Assembly (NCBI GenBank): GCA_030753015.1
Contig: JASMDC010000040.1
Span: forward strand, 3,239-30,853
Origin: Candidatus Undinarchaeales archaeon
GTDB lineage: Archaea > SpSt-1190 > JASMDC01
Length of the DNA: 27,615 bases
Direction of reading: 5' to 3'
This document shows, in pieces, positions 27,217-27,615 of the stretch. Position 1 is the first letter of the stretch, and the number at the start of each line of letters is the position of its first letter. Made by a program: the position numbers and the translations under genes. The notes under the pieces are model-generated. The model worked only from the letters and a program-made list of their open reading frames with translations. It was not told the DNA's origin and did not search any database.

Positions 27217-27328
27217 TACGGACGTCTGTCGCCCCTAAGCCTCCAGCTCGTGGACCATGTGCCGTATACGGGCACGATGAAAGGCAAAAACATCCATAAT
27301 TGTTTAAGAATGTGCCCGTACAACTGAT

Positions 27329-27615
27329 CTATGTCGTTCGGTCGCCTCTCGACCTGAACGTGTGCTGCCCCATCAGCGCGTTGGCGATGTAATGCACGAT
27401 AGCGTCATCATTGCCGTTATCCCCTTCCTCGATCGCTCCATAATAGTTGAACTTATCCCGCAGTTCTATACATATCATCGGGAACCCGTTCTTCATCAAG
27501 AACCAGTTCATCACGACCCTTGACGTTCTCCCGTTCCCGTCGATGAACGGGTGGATCCTTACAAGCTTGTTGTGCAGGACGGCCGTCAGTTCGACAGGGT
27601 GCAGTTTCTTCCTTG
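27329..27615 (-). CDS. Fic-family protein, 3' part (5' end beyond the window)
   Basis: Hand translation gives HPVEL...IHPFIDGNGRTSR, a complete Fic motif. Visibly lower GC than the flanking genes. Confidence 0.9.
   Translation of the reverse strand, partial: RKKLHPVELTAVLHNKLVRIHPFIDGNGRTSRVVMNWFLMKNGFPMICIELRDKFNYYGAIEEGDNGNDDAIVHYIANALMGQHTFRSRGDRTT

Overview
GC-rich archaeal chromosomal window: archaeal-type tRNA-Gln(CTG), trmY, BRE/TATA promoters and several leaderless genes; the lineage cannot be fixed from this sequence. Housekeeping genes: glnA, hutH, trmY, a HI0933-family flavoprotein and a GlpA-like/FAD oxidoreductase/DUF1667 triad. Three large single-pass surface proteins and several orphan genes are interspersed. 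Most notable: (1) a translationally coupled operon of soluble MtrA, MtrH and a core (MesA-type) methionine synthase, with no other mtr gene in the window, which looks like a three-protein, corrinoid-relayed methionine synthase; (2) a divergent coupled operon of a GcvH-like lipoyl protein, a HEPN-like protein and a ThiI-like protein with an altered PP-loop; (3) a PIN/UPF0175 toxin-antitoxin islet sitting in the 3' end of the DUF1667 gene and flanked by two synonymously recoded copies of its last 14 codons, whose junction motif TATA|CGGCAC recurs beside the Fic gene; (4) an in-frame TAG right after the signal peptide of an FG-GAP/GIFT-domain protein; (5) a box C/D sRNA candidate and a second structured intergenic element. 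All family assignments come from motif recognition by eye; no searches were run.
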